Source of the DNA: Mobula hypostoma
Lineage: Eukaryota
Direction: 5' to 3'
DNA length: 64,000 nucleotides
Assembly: GCF_963921235.1 (NCBI RefSeq)
Contig: NC_086106.1
Span: forward strand, 22,754,001-22,818,000
The notes beneath the pieces were generated by a model. That model saw nothing but the letters and a program-made list of their open reading frames with translations. It was not told the DNA's origin and ran no database searches. Position 1 is the stretch's first letter, and each line of letters starts with the position of its first letter. Of the stretch, positions 26,345 to 40,188 are shown piece by piece. The translations under genes were made by a program, and so were the position numbers.

Positions 26345-29300
26345 TTTATTAATCTTATTATTGATTAAAAAAAGCAAATATACTGTCAAGAGGAGAATTG
26401 TTTCATATATATATATATATACCAGGTAACAATATATAAACCAAGATTAAGATAGATATTATCAATTTCATGGATATTGTTAAACTAGTATAAAATACAT
26501 AATTAATAAAATAAAAATAAGAACTCTCTTCTTACCAGCTTATGAAGTGAAAGGGAAAATAAACATTGCGTTCCTAATCAAATGAAAAACACACACACAC
26601 ACTGTAACAAAACGAAACAATCAAACAAACAAAAACAACTAAATAGTTCTTGGTAGTCCATTTTGAGGATAAGACCAAAAAAAGTAAGAATGAAACACTA
26701 TTTCATCAAATCTAAAACTTCCAAAAGAAGATTGAAATAGTAATAATTCAAATTAATAAAAAAAATATTGGATTAAAGCTCGTCATATTTGCTGAAATTT
26801 GCAGGGCTTTTCAAATGTCCGAAGTCCTACTTTCTCTAAACTTAAATAGGGCATAATGGAGGAGAGCCAGTAAAATACCGTAGGTGGATTAGAGTTTTTG
26901 CCTTTTATAAAATAGCTCTCCCAGCCAGTAAGGTCGATAAAGGCTATCATACGTTGAGTGGAAACAGGAATGTTTCCTGATTCCGATGGGATAATCCCAA
27001 AATTTGCCGTAAGCAAATTAGGATGTAAATCCAAATACGAAACTTTTGATAGTGTTTTAAAATCATCCCTCCAAAAGTTATCTAGCTCTATACAAGACCA
27101 ATACAAATGAGTTAACATGGCCAGCGCAGTATTGCATCTGTCACAAATAGGAGTAATATTGGAATACATAAGCGCTAGTTTATCCTTTAACAGATGGGCC
27201 CGATGTACTAGCTTGAACTCTGTCAAGGAAAGACGTGCACAAGTTGATGAGCTGTTAATCGCATGAAAATCTTCACTCCACTGATTCTCTGAAAAATACT
27301 TTTGAAGTTCCAATTCCCAAGGGCGTTTCATTTTATCACAACATATCATTTATGAACCGGTTATAGTATATAGCTATAAACCCTTTTTGAAATAGTTTAA
27401 ACTGAAAGAGAAAATCTGTCATATTAGGTAGATAAGCGTAAGGGTAATTTGGAAATAAACCACGTAAAAAAATCCTGTGTATTTTTTTAATGTCTGAAAA
27501 AAAGTGTACATTATATAGAAAATATTTATCCACTAACTGAGAAAAATACATTAAACATTCCGCTGATAACAGATCTGAAAATATTTTTTTATTCCCTTGG
27601 TTTTCCATATTAAAAAGGAATTATCTAAAATTCATGGTTTAAAAAATGAGATAGATATTACTAGAAACAATAAAATTATTAAACTCAAGAAATCTATGAA
27701 ACAGAAACCAAACTCTTAATGTATGTTTAATAATGGAATAAAATTCTTGTCTGCTAATCGTAGAAAACAAAAAGGGAAAAGAGGCCAAAGATAATATTTT
27801 CACCAACTTTATCTCCAGAACAAACCATGAAGGACATCCATGTATATCTGGATAGTGAATCCAAAAAGTAATATATCGAATATTAATGGTCCAATAGTAC
27901 ATTCTAAAGGTAGGCAAAGCCATAGCACCACATTTTTTTAAATTTCTGCAATGAGTGTTTACTCAAACTAGAATTTGTATTGTTCCAAATATAAGATAAG
28001 TTTATAGAATATATTCTGTCGAATAACGTTTTAGGAACAAAGGAGGGAACTGCAAGAAAGATACATAAATATTTCGGGAAAACAGTCCTTGTAATAGCAT
28101 TGATTGGACACACACATATATAGATAGACAGATAGATAGATAGATAGATAGATACATTCATACACACACACACGCACACACACGTGTGTGTGTATATCGA
28201 GATCCTTAAAATTTCAGTAATTTAATATCAAGATAGATAAAGTAATTTTTCGCAATATTAAAAGGTATTTGATGATTTGTATCCGAGTAATTATAAATAG
28301 GAAATAACTCGCTTGTGTGTAAATTTCATTTATACCCAGAAAAAAAAACTACTAAATTTAGAAAATATAGACAACATAGAAGGCACAGATTTCCAAGAAT
28401 CTGAAATATAAACTAACAGGTCATCTGCATATGACGAAACTTTGTGTACTTTGTCCCTTCTCTTTATACCCTGAACATTGTTCGGAACTCTAAGAGCAAT
28501 AGCAACGGGTTCTAAGGCCAAGTTAAATCATTAAGGACGAAGAAGGCATCCCTGTCGAGTACCCCTATGTAATCTAAAATAGGGAGATTTTTGATTGTTA
28601 GTTATAACAGCAGCCATGGGAGATTGATAGATCAATTTGATTCAGGAAATAAATCGCGGGCCAAGATTAAATATTTCCAAAACCTCAAATAAGTAAGACC
28701 ACTACTCCCTATCAAAAGCTTTTTCTGCATAAAGAGAAACAATTCATTTAGATCATTTAGATGAAGAAGTGTTAATAATATTTAATAATCTTCGAACATT
28801 AAATTGTGAATATCTATTTTTAATAAATCCAGTTTGGTCATTGGAAGTAAGAGTGGTTTAAGTATTCTCAAGTTTATTGCCCAAAATCTTAGAGGAATTT
28901 GAAAGTCCATCTTCAATAGAAAATATTGGTCTATAAGAGGCGCATTCAGAGAAATCTTTCTCTTGCTTTGGGAATTAAATATACCGAAGCTTCATGGAAT
29001 GATTTCGGGAGCATCCAAGAGGATATAGAGTCAGTGAACATTTGACATAAATGAGGTATAAGTATGTCAGTAAAAGTCTGTTAAAATTCCACCGTATATC
29101 CATCCGGTCCCGGAACTTTAGCTGATTAGAGAGAGGATACGCCCCTTGTATTTCCTCTTGTTTAATAGGTGCATCTAACGTACTCATATCGTGAATAGGG
29201 ATTTTAGGTATTTCCATTTTTGCAAAAATACTATTCATAAATATAGTACTATCTGAAAATACAGTCTCAAAAAAGGTTAAAGTATAAATCCATAAATATC

Positions 29301-31570
29301 TTATTAATTTCACAAGGAAATACCGTTGCATGTCATCAGGTCTTCTTTTTTCAGGATCTGTCTTCTGTCTATCCTTGCTTCATAACTTACCTGCTTTATC
29401 TCCATACATATACAATTGGATTTTGAATTTAAGAACTTGTTGTTCAATGGGAAAAGTCAAAAGCAAATCATGTTCTGTTTGGAGTTCCACCCTTTCCCTA
29501 AAGTATCTCCACTAGGCGTTACTGAACGCAGTTTATCTACTTTTTTCATCCTATTGGTGATCACAAAAAACGTCCGCCTTAATTTTCCTTCTTGAACCTA
29601 CTGAATATGAAATTATCTGTCCCCTAAGAAAATATTTCATCGTACCCCAGATAACCAAATTTGACATTCCCTCAGTTACATTCAATTCAAAAAATAGAGA
29701 ACAATTGTTCTTTAAACAATTTACACAATTTGAATCGTGCAGCAATGAAATATTAAATCTCCACTGAGGTACAGGGATATTGTCAGAGAATTCCAATGTT
29801 AGTTTCATAGGTGCTTGATCTGACAACACAATCACAACATAGGCATACTCAACAACAGAAGGCACCATCGCGTATCCTAGAAAAAAAAATCTTGAATATT
29901 TATGGTATAGATGTTAAAAACACACAAAACATAATTTTCTTTAGGAAATTTAAGTCTGCAAATATCGACCAGACGGTATTCTAATAATAAACAATTAATA
30001 CAAGTCACAGCTTTATTAGGGAGTGACGGATTGGTGAACGATCTGTCAATCAACGGGTTAAGACAACACCGCCGATAATAAACTTATCGGCAGTTAAATT
30101 CGACAATACAGAAAATAGCTTCTTAAAAATAATCAGAGCTGTCTATATTAGATGCATAAACATATACCAAAGCCAAATTTTCACCACACAACAAAACAGT
30201 AACAATTAAATATCTTCCAATTAAATCAGTAACAGTATTAAAATGAACAAAAGGGATTTTAGAATTAATAACAAAAAGATACCCATCTTATTTTATTTAC
30301 TGATAAGAATGAAATAAGGTTCCATTCCAAAATTTAAAAAAATACAATTTTCATTTTGTCTACGGATGTGTCTCTCCTGCGCAAATATAAAATCTGCATG
30401 AAGTGTTTTTAATTTCTTAAAAATCTTGTCACCCTTAATAGTTTAGTTCATATCGTTTAAATTCCACGATATTATATTGATTTTATGAAGGTCCGTACTT
30501 AAAATTTAATATAAACAATTTATAATGTAATCCAACGAGCAGGCGCAGCCCAAATCAGAAGAAAGGGGTAAGCTTGACTCGATCAGAAAGAAAAGCAAGA
30601 TGATTGACAAAGAAAAAAACCCACATGACTGCCCAGTCGAAAGAAACCTAACCTAATAGAATTACCAACCTCCCACAAAAGCCCAGATATCGTCCAAAAG
30701 GCTAACGGCATGCTATTCTATTGACCCTTAAACCCTGTCTCCAGTTGGCAGCTCCATTTACAACGTAAAAAGTTACCACCATCAAAAAATACATAACAAA
30801 GAATACATAAAGAAGTTAAGAAATTCCAAATATTTTCATATTATGTCTAACAGTAGTTAAGACCGAATTAACGACGGCCATCTTAAATCCATTTAATATA
30901 CGCAGTAATGTATTTAAAAAAAATAAATTCAATTAACTAACAATACTACAACTAATATTAAGCACGTACAAATTAAAGAAATGTAAGTAAAAAAAATATA
31001 TATATATGCGTGTGTGTTAAATTCAGAACTACATTAACTGGTAAAGCAAACAAAAACAGATCTGAGTAATTAAACCAAGTCTGTATCTGAGCATTGATAC
31101 ACGAAGAGCGGACTTTCATCAACGGCGTTACAAACCACTCCCAGTAAAGGATCAACTCTTGAAATTGCTTACCAAGTGGACTTAAACACTTTTATAAATT
31201 TCCAACCATTTTTTGCAGAGTGAATCCATTTTGGACGCGCATTGGGGGAAGTAATCATCAGATATTCCGGGTAAAGCAGCGACGGGCGACAGCTCATAAA
31301 CAACAAAACAAAACAAAAAACAAATCCACTATCACTTCCCGATATTTCATTCTTTCGGCCAAAATCTTTGGGGTAAAATTTTCCACTAGAGAATCATAAA
31401 TTCAGTATAGACGAGCTTATCCCTTTTCCTTGCTTTCCAAAGAAGAGCTTCATCGGTTGTAACATAATGCAAACAGAGAATTACAGGACGTGTTTTAATT
31501 TCGGCAGATGGTTTAGAACGCCGATTTCAGTGGACTCCATGCGTTATCGACAAGCTTCGAGAATGTCATA
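26345..31570 (-). mobile_element. L1-clade LINE pseudogene (ORF1 C-terminus, long spacer, APE, RT, Cys-rich C-terminus, A-rich tail)
   Basis: SDQAPMKLTLEF (APE end), KVSSYADDLLVYIS (RT), CDRCNTALAMLTHLYWSC (CCHC-like); ORF1-like remnant about 31200-31570; AATAAATAAATAA tail on minus at about 26340-26355. Confidence 0.85.
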
Positions 31571-31574
31571 AAAA

Positions 31575-32450
31575 ATTCGGCCTCGCCAATACCTTGTACA
31601 ACGTCACCACAACAATTCAACTCATAGTCAGTACTTTGACTTATAAAGGCCGATGTGTCAAAAGCTCTCTTTACGACCATTTCTACGCGTGACGTCACTT
31701 TCAGATAATGTACATCTGTATTCCCGGATCCCGTTGTTCTACTGCACTCCTCAGTGCCCAAACATTTACCTTCTGTGTTCTACGTTGGTTTGTCCTTGCA
31801 AAGTGCAATACCTCACATTTGTCTGTATTAAACACCTCCTGCCATTTTTAGCCCATTTTTCCAGCTGCGTCCATATCCTTCTGCAAGCTTTGAAAACGCT
31901 TCTCACTGTACACTACACCTCCAAACTTTGTATTGACAGCAACATTGCTGATCCAATTTACAACATTATCATCCAGATCATTGATTTAGATGACAAATAA
32001 CAATTGTCCCAGCACTGATCCCTGTGGCACACCACTCGTCATTGGCCTACACTCACAGAAGCAATCCTCCACTACCACTCTCTGGCTTATTCGATTCAGC
32101 CAATGTTCAATTCAATTCACTACCTTTCCATATATACCTAACGGCTGAATGAACCTAACTGATCTCCCATGCGGGACATTGTCAAAGGCCTGACTGATAT
32201 ACATGCAGTCAACATCCACTGCCCTCCCTTCATCTGCTTTCCTGGTAACCTCCTCAAAAAACTCTACTAAATGTGTTTAACATGACTTTCCACGCGCAAA
32301 TCCATGTTGAATCTCTCTAATAAGTCCCTGTCTGCGCAAATACGCGTAGATCCTATCTCTTGGTACACCTTCCAATAATTTACCAACTACCGACGTCAAA
32401 TTTACGGGCCAAAAAATTCCCGGATTAATTTAGTCTTTTGTTTAAATTAC
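31575..32450 (-). mobile_element. CR1 RT fragment
   Basis: Homologous to the RT core of the CR1 copy at 43556-44617. Confidence 0.7.
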
Positions 32451-32654
32451 AAAATTCAAATTCGGGATTCATAATATACCCCAAGAGGCATCCTCTCTCC
32501 TGATTCCTAGTATTTTTTTTTTTTAGAAATCCTTTAATTGAGTCTAAATGCAAGGGCATTCTCAAAATGCATTAGCATTCGTAAACCCATCTTGTCCAGA
32601 ATTGTCAAGTATCCAGATCAGGCTTACATTCACTCAGCTTGGGTGGGAATAGAC

Positions 32655-35600
32655 AATAGACAATACGTGCAGAAGTAGGCCATTCGGCCCTTCGAACCTG
32701 CACCGCCATTCACTGTGATCATGGCTGATCATCCACAATCAGTATCTCGTTCCTGCCTTCTCCCTATAGCCATTGAATCCGCTATCATTAAGAGCTCTAT
32801 CTAACACTTTCTTGAAAGCCTCCAGAGAATTTGCCTCCACTGCTTTCTGAGGCAGAGCATTCCACAGATCCAGAGCTCTCTGGGTGAAAAAGTTTTTCCA
32901 CAACTTCGTTTTAAATGGCATGCCCCTTGTTCTGAAATGGTGGCCTCTGGTTCTGGACTCCGCCAACATCGGAAGCATGTTTCCTGCCTCTTACGTCTAA
33001 TCCGTTAATATTATTGTACGTTTCAATCAGATCCCCTCTTATCCTTCTAAATTCCAGTGTATACAAGCCCAGACGCTCCAATCTTTCAACATATGACAGT
33101 CCCGCCATCCCGGAATTTACCTCGTGAACCTATGCTGCGCTCCCTGAATAGCAAGGATGTCCTTTCTAGAATTTGGAGAGCAAAACTATACACAATACTC
33201 TAGATGTGGTCCCTGTACAACTGCAGAAGGATATATTTGCACCTATAGTCAACTTCCCTTGTTATGAAAGCCAACATAGCAATAGCTTTCGTCAGTGCCT
33301 GCTGTACCTGCACGCTTACTTTCACTGACTGATGAACAAGAACACCTAAATCTCGTTCTACTTTCCTTTTTCCTAAATTGACACTATTCAAATGGTAATT
33401 TGTCTTCCTGTTCTTGCCACCAAGGTGGATATCCTCGCATTTAACCACAATAAACTGCATCTGCCATGCATTTGCCTACTCACCCAACCTGTCGAAGTCA
33501 TCCTGCATTGTCATAACATCCTCTGCACAATGCATACTGTCACACAGCTTTGTGAAATCTGTAACTTTGCCAATGTTACATTTTATCCCTTCATCTAAAT
33601 CATTAATGTGTGTAGCATATTGTTCCAGTCCCAGAACTGAGCGTTGTGGTACCCAACTAGTCACCGCCTGCCATTCTAAAACGTGGGGACCCGTTAATCC
33701 CTACATTTTGTTTCCAGTCTGCAACCAATTTTCTATGCATGTCAGTACCCTACCCCAAATGGCATATGTTCTAATTTTGCCCACTAATCTCCTATGTGTA
33801 ACCTTTTCAACGGTTTTCTGAAAGTCTACTTACTCAAGTACCCTGGGGTGCAGACAATCAGGCCCTGGGGGTTTATCAGCCACAGTCCCATCAGTCTGTC
33901 CAAGACCAAATTCTGCCTAATGTGAATCTCCTTCAGTTCCTCCGTTACCCTAGGACCTCCGGCCACTATTACATCCCTAGTGAAGACAGATTCAAATTAC
34001 CTGGTCAACTCGCCTGACACTTCCTTGTTCCCCATAATAAATTCAACTGTTTGTGTCCTCAAGGGCCCAACTTTGGTCTTATCGATTTTGTTTTCCCTCT
34101 TCACATACCTAGAAAAACTTGTACTATCCTCCTAGATATTCTTGGCTTACTTGCCATCCTGGTTCATCTTTTCTCTCCAGATTGCATTTTTAGTTATCCT
34201 CTGTTGCTCTTTAAAAGCGCCCCAATCCTCTGGCTTCCCGTTCATCCGTGCTATGTTATACTTTTTCCCTTTTATTTTTATACTGTCATTGACTTCCTTT
34301 GTCTCCCACCGTCGCCCCTTACTCCCCTTATAATCTTTGTTTCTCGTTGAAATGAACTGATCCTGCACCTTCAGTATTATTCCCAGAAATACCTGCCATT
34401 ATTGTTCCACTGTCACCTCTGCTAGGGTATCTTTACAGACAACTTTGTCCAGCTCCTCCCTCATGGCTTCATAGTCCCCTTTGTTCAACTGTGATACCGA
34501 CAATTCCGATTCCTTTTATTCCTCTCAAATTGTAGATTAAAGCTTATCATATTATGGTCACTACCTCTTAATGGCTCCCTTACCTCGAAGTCCTTTATCA
34601 AATCCGGTTCATTACACAACACTAAATCAAGAGTAACCTTCTTCCTGGTAGGTTCCAGTACAAGCTGCTCTAAGAGTCCATCTCGGAGGCAATCCATAAA
34701 CTCCCTTCCTTGGGGTCCAGTACCAACATGATTTTCCCAGTCTGCCTGCATGTTGAAATCCCCCATAAGAACCGTAGCATTAAATTTGTAACATGCCAAT
34801 TTTAAGTCTTGATTCAACTTGCATCCTATATTCACACTACCGTTTGGGGGCCTATAGATAACTCCCATTAGGGTCTTTTTGCCCTTTAATTTTCTCAGTT
34901 CTATCCATATTCACTCTACATCTCCTGATTCTGTGTCGCCCTTCGCAAGGGACTGAATTTCATTCCTCACCAACAAAGCTATCCCGGGTCCTCTGCCCAC
35001 CTGTCTGTCCTTTCGATAGGATGCATATCACTGAATATTCGTTTCCCAGCCCTGGTCCTCATGTAGCCATGACTCTGTTATTCCCACATCATACATGCCA
35101 TTTTCCAACTGAGCACAAGATCATCCACGTTATTTCTTATGCTTCGTGCATTCATATAGAATACTTTAAATCTATTACACCCCTCACCTTTCACATCAAT
35201 TCCTATTGCACTTCGCCATACTCTCCGATCCCTTCCTGAACTTCCTGACCCGTTATTTCTGTTGTCTTTCTTAACTTTCCTTATTCTCTCTTTCCTTTTA
35301 ACTCCATCCTCATATTTCCTCTCAACCCCCCCCCCCACTCCCCCCCCCCCCCCACCGCCACCTCGCTACTTAGTTCAAACACACCCGTGTAGCAGTGGCA
35401 AACCTACTTGCTAGAATGCTGGTCCCCCGCCTGTTAAGGTAGAACACGTCACTTTTATACAGTTCAGTCTTACCCCAAAACAGATCCCACTGACCTAATA
35501 ATCTAAATCCTTGCTTCCCCGCACCAACTCCTCAGCCGCACATTCAGATACTGTACCTCTCTGTTGCTGGCCTCGTCAGCACGAGAAACCGAATGCAAAC

Positions 35601-36040
35601 CGGAGATAATCGTCCTGGAGTTCATGCTTTTCAGCATTCTTCCGAGTTCTGTGAAGTACCGCTGTTCAATGTCTTTCCTCCTCTTCCCGACATAATTTGT
35701 ACCGACATGCACTACCACTTCCGGCTGTTCACCTTCACACTAAATCAGTGTACCTGTCATTACTTCACCACCTCTCATCCTCTCCAAATGTGGAGAAGTC
35801 TTCTCCTTCCGCCTCCTCGCAGTAGACACTCGACCAAATGACTCGCACTTTTCCCACAATGCACTTCCCTCCGCAGGGCCGCTCACCGACAGGCCGCTCC
35901 CCTAGAGCAAACTTTGCTCATATTGACTGTGAAATTCACTAATTTGTTTCACTTGCCGCACCTTCGCCGATTTTGCCGACCGTGATGCAGACTGGTTCCG
36001 ATCGGTTTTTAAATCACCTGCTCCTGAAAAGAGCAGAAAA
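32655..36040 (-). mobile_element. Internally deleted CR1 LINE from 5' UTR and ORF1 (SGNH esterase-like) through EN, RT and 3' tail
   Basis: 35503-35718 VVHVGTNYVG...SGL..V (CR1 ORF1 esterase); 34485-34868 GVIYRPPN...MGDFN...GSDHNMI (APE); RT remnants 32739-33664; tail GACAATAGACAATA. Confidence 0.85.
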
Positions 36041-36239
36041 AAAGGCTCCCAAGGGCATAACTTCACAGCCAGTCCCCGCACTCACTCCTTCACTTGCCGC
36101 ACCTTTGCCGACTTTGAAGAAATATAACCAGAAATCATGCCTTAAGAGTGAAACGTCAAACGTTTCAAGGAAACATGAGAGGGAACCTCTTCAGTAAGAA
36201 GTAGTGAGGTTTTCTAATAAGCTGCCGGCATACATGGTG

Positions 36240-36716
36240 CATGTAAACCCGATTACAAAGCTAAGCAAATTGTGGATAATGACATGGAGAGCTGTGGTTC
36301 CGGTTCAGGTCGCAATGACAAAGTAGTTTTTGACTCTGTGACTTTATACGGTTTATAATTCCAAGGCCATGTGACATATGCCAATAAACCTAACATGCAC
36401 CTGGCCACATCTCGTTTTTAAAAGGGGGACATTTGTTTCAGAATATTGTTTCTAGATTTCCGTTTGGTATTCAACGCTATTGTCCAACAGACATTTACCA
36501 GAAGAACCCCACTGCTCGTTCTAAGTATACTACTGCAATGTTGTAAATAACGTTGCTGTACTTCTTATTTAACAAACTACAGGTAGACATGATGCACGGC
36601 GTTTCACCATGTCCCGCATTTTTTTTATCAGGGGTGCCAGCCAGAATTGTGCGCGCACTCGACTGTTGTACGCTTGGTTCACAAACGACCATACGGTCAA
36701 TGTCCTGGACAAAAAG

Positions 36717-36747
<31 letters not shown>

Positions 36748-36824
36748 TTGCCAAGTACGTCGAAGCCACGATAATGGTGAAACTCATCACCAAATGTTAT
36801 TAGACGGCCTATAGAGGGGAGATG
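36240..36824 (+). mobile_element. Rex1/Babar LINE RT remnant, left part (host of the Gmr1 insertion)
   Basis: ...VKLITKCY*TAYRGEM runs up to the LTR and continues at 44922 (NNVFIIVTKAKEMVIDF). Confidence 0.65.
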
Positions 36825-37718
36825 TGTTACGTAAACGGCACCAAGGAATACCAATCGAGACAGGTTATATAAAAACAGCCAAACATTTATTTAACACTGA
36901 TAAACGATAAGGAAATAAAAAAAAACAAACGGAAACTTTAACCGGAAGTTAACCGATGTGCAGCCGTTCAACAAATCAACACTCGACACTCATTCTTAAA
37001 GCGTTAAATGCGAAAACAGTTCTGAAAGCGATAAAGTCAGATATAGTCCTTAAAACGATAAATTCAAAAGTCCAACAGATCGATACGTTCAATTGGGGAG
37101 AGACTTCTCTGGAGACGCGACTTTCCTGCTGATTGTGTCCACAGAATCCACGTTGAGGTAGATAAACAGTTTAAAAGAACTGACCTTAAATACATTTAGA
37201 GAGAGAGAGAGAGACCAAACTGTTGCATGAACTCCTTGCTCTTTTTGGCAAGAGTTATCCTTAATTCAGTTAGCTACTCTACTCCGCAACAAAGACTTAA
37301 TAAGGTCAATCCTTTGCTAAACTGCCAAACGATGCCGGCGCAACTCGATCCCTCGATCCTGCACTTCTATAAATGATTCACTCTCCCTTCTACCGTTGGA
37401 ATTGAGTAAATCAGCACATCTCGCCAAAAATTTCAGTTCAATAATATGGTATCTTGCAAGAGAACGCAAAACTGTTTTAAAAATAAACTGCGTCAAGAAA
37501 ACTAACACGCAACAGAAACGGAGATACAACACTTTCTACCTGGAAATCTATAAACTAAAAACCTGCTGTGTCATCTGGGTTGACCCATATATAGTTAATG
37601 TGCACATGTGTCATCAAGTGACCTCACATCGGCGGGAAAATCAAATCAGGTGACCTCCAGAAGACTGTTAGACCATTCTCGCAAAAAAAAAACAACAGAT
37701 CTCCTTGAGCATGTAACA
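36825..37718 (-). repeat. 3' LTR of the Gmr1-like element (894 bp)
   Basis: TGTTACG ... TGTAACA; immediately preceded on the minus strand by the polypurine tract GGAGGGAGG (37719-37727). Confidence 0.9.
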
Positions 37719-38992
37719 CCTCCCTCCAAAAAATGGTCTGTAAAAGAACAACATTTTCACCATTTATACAAACAATACAAACAATACCAATGTATGAAAT
37801 TTACAAAATGCACAATATATACAATAATATCTTTCAGCCCTTTACAGAGTAATGTACAGTAGGAGTGTTAAAATTTTTAAATATCACTCCATAAAGCAAA
37901 TTTTCATTGAACATTTAACATCTAGACAAACAAACTGTGATCACATTGCCTTTACCCTAATATGAGTGATCAAAATCTTGTACTCCTGTAACGTTAGACT
38001 TTAATATTAAACTGGAGTCCACGTTCCGTAACCCTTTTTCCTAAACAGTCACAGTGGCCTGACCAAATTCACTTTTAGCTCAGTTAATAGTTAAGTTAGC
38101 TTTTGGACGTCTCTCAAATAGTTTATCCTCGCAATAATATGTGCTTTCCATGTACTATTCCCTGTAACCAAATCATCGATATAGGCATCTGTATCTTTTA
38201 ATCCCTGAATCACGCTATTAATCATCCTTTGAAAAGTGTCTGGTTCATTCTTCATCCCAAATGGAAAAATATTATATCCATATAGCCCAGATGGGGTTAC
38301 AAATTCTGAAATCGCTCTACCTCTATCCGTCAATGGAACACACCAATAACCTTTTAACAAACCAATTTTTGTAAGGAATTTGATCTGTCCAAATTAATCC
38401 ACACAATCATCTACCCTAGGGATTGGATATGCCTCCGGTTTTGTCACAGCATTCACTTTTGTGTAATCCGTACAAAACCTATAACTATTGTCTGGTTTAG
38501 GCACCATAAATTACGTTGAACTCCGATCAAATTAGTATGCAAAATAATATAATTCTCTAACATATACTTAATTTCTTGTTCAGCAAGTTCACATTTTTCC
38601 TTGTTCATTCGATACGGATGTTGTTTTATGGGTTTTGCATCTCTAACATCAACATCATGTGTAGCTATGCTGGTTCTTCTAGGGACGTCTGGAAATAAAT
38701 ACCTATACTTTAAAAAAAATAAAATAACTGTTTCATCTGCTCTCTCTGCTCTGGCTGAAAATGAGTTTTTTTTTTCATCAATATTTTCCAGAATGTTTAA
38801 ATTTGGTAATATGACTGAAATCATGTTGGGTTTAAAATGACATTCAAACGAATCCTCCGGTCAGTTTTCATCAAGATAAGACTCATTATCGATCACAACA
38901 GTCAGAGTAGCAACTTCTCTCTCATAATACGGTTTTATCATATTTATATAACACATCTGTGTTGTCTTTCTCCGATCTGGGGTTCTTACCGC

Positions 38993-40188
38993 TTAATCCA
39001 CGTCATTTACCTTAGATTTAACCTCATAAGGACCATGGAATTTGGTTTGTAATGGGTTCGTTTCAACTGTGAAAAGAACCAACACCTTATCTCCAGGCTT
39101 AAATGTCCTCATCCTAGCTTCCTTATCATACCACATCTTCATCTTCTCTTGAGCTAACTTTAAATTTTCCTTGGCCAAGCTACAAGCTTTATACAATCTT
39201 TCTTTAAATTTCGAAACATATTCTAGCAAATTAGTGTGTACTTCTTTATTAATCCACTGTTCCTTCAACACGACCAAAGGTTCTCGAACTCTATGCCCAA
39301 ACACAAGTTCACAAGAACGAAAACTTAATGATTCCTTTACTGCCTCCCTTACTGCAAAAAGTAGTAAATGTATACCTTCATCCCAGTCATTATCATTTTC
39401 TACACAATATGTCCTAATCATGGTTTTCAGTATAGTATGAAATCTCTCCAAGTCTTCTTGTGATTCTGGATGATAGGCTGAGGAAAGAGTCTGTTTTGCG
39501 CCCAGTTTATAAACCATCTGCTGAAACAACGCAGACATAAAATTATTACCTTGACCTGATTGTATTTCCTTAGGCAACCCAAAATAAGTAAACAATGTTA
39601 TAAAAACATTTGTCACAGTTTTAGCTGTTATATTCCAAAGAGGTACTGTGTCTGGAAACCTAAACGCTGTGCACATAATAGACAATAAATATTGATGTCC
39701 AGTTTTAGTTTTTGGAAAAGGATCTATACAGCCTACAATGATTTTTGAAAATGGATAACCAAGTACAGGAATTGGCTGCAGTGGTGCACTGGAGTAACCT
39801 GATTAGGTTTACCAACAATTTGACACATATGACACGTTCTACAAAATGTTGCCATATTTTGTCTTAAACTAGGCCAATAAAAATGTTTAGAAACTTTGTT
39901 CATAGTTTTCTTTACACATATGTGACCACCAAAAGGAATATTATGAGCCATAGTCAAAAGCTCACCTCGGTAAATTTTAGGAACAACTACCTGATGATTA
40001 GCTTCCCATTCCTCACTAGCAGGAATTGTAGGCGATCTCCACTTTCTCATTAATACCCATTTTTCAAAATAATATCCAACTGGTACTTTTTTTTGAATTT
40101 CACTATCTGGAAGAGCTTGTACTTTAAATTTAACTATCTCAGGATCTCTACCCTGCTCTGCTATAATCTCTTTCCGAGATAAAGACAA
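38993..40188 (-). pseudogene. Gypsy integrase pseudogene (HHCC zinc domain, rve core, SH3-like C-terminus)
   Basis: AHNIPFGGHICVKKT...CRTCHMCQ; PKEIQSGQGNNF...SAYHPESQEDLERFH; FKPGDKVLV...KFHGPY. Confidence 0.9.
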
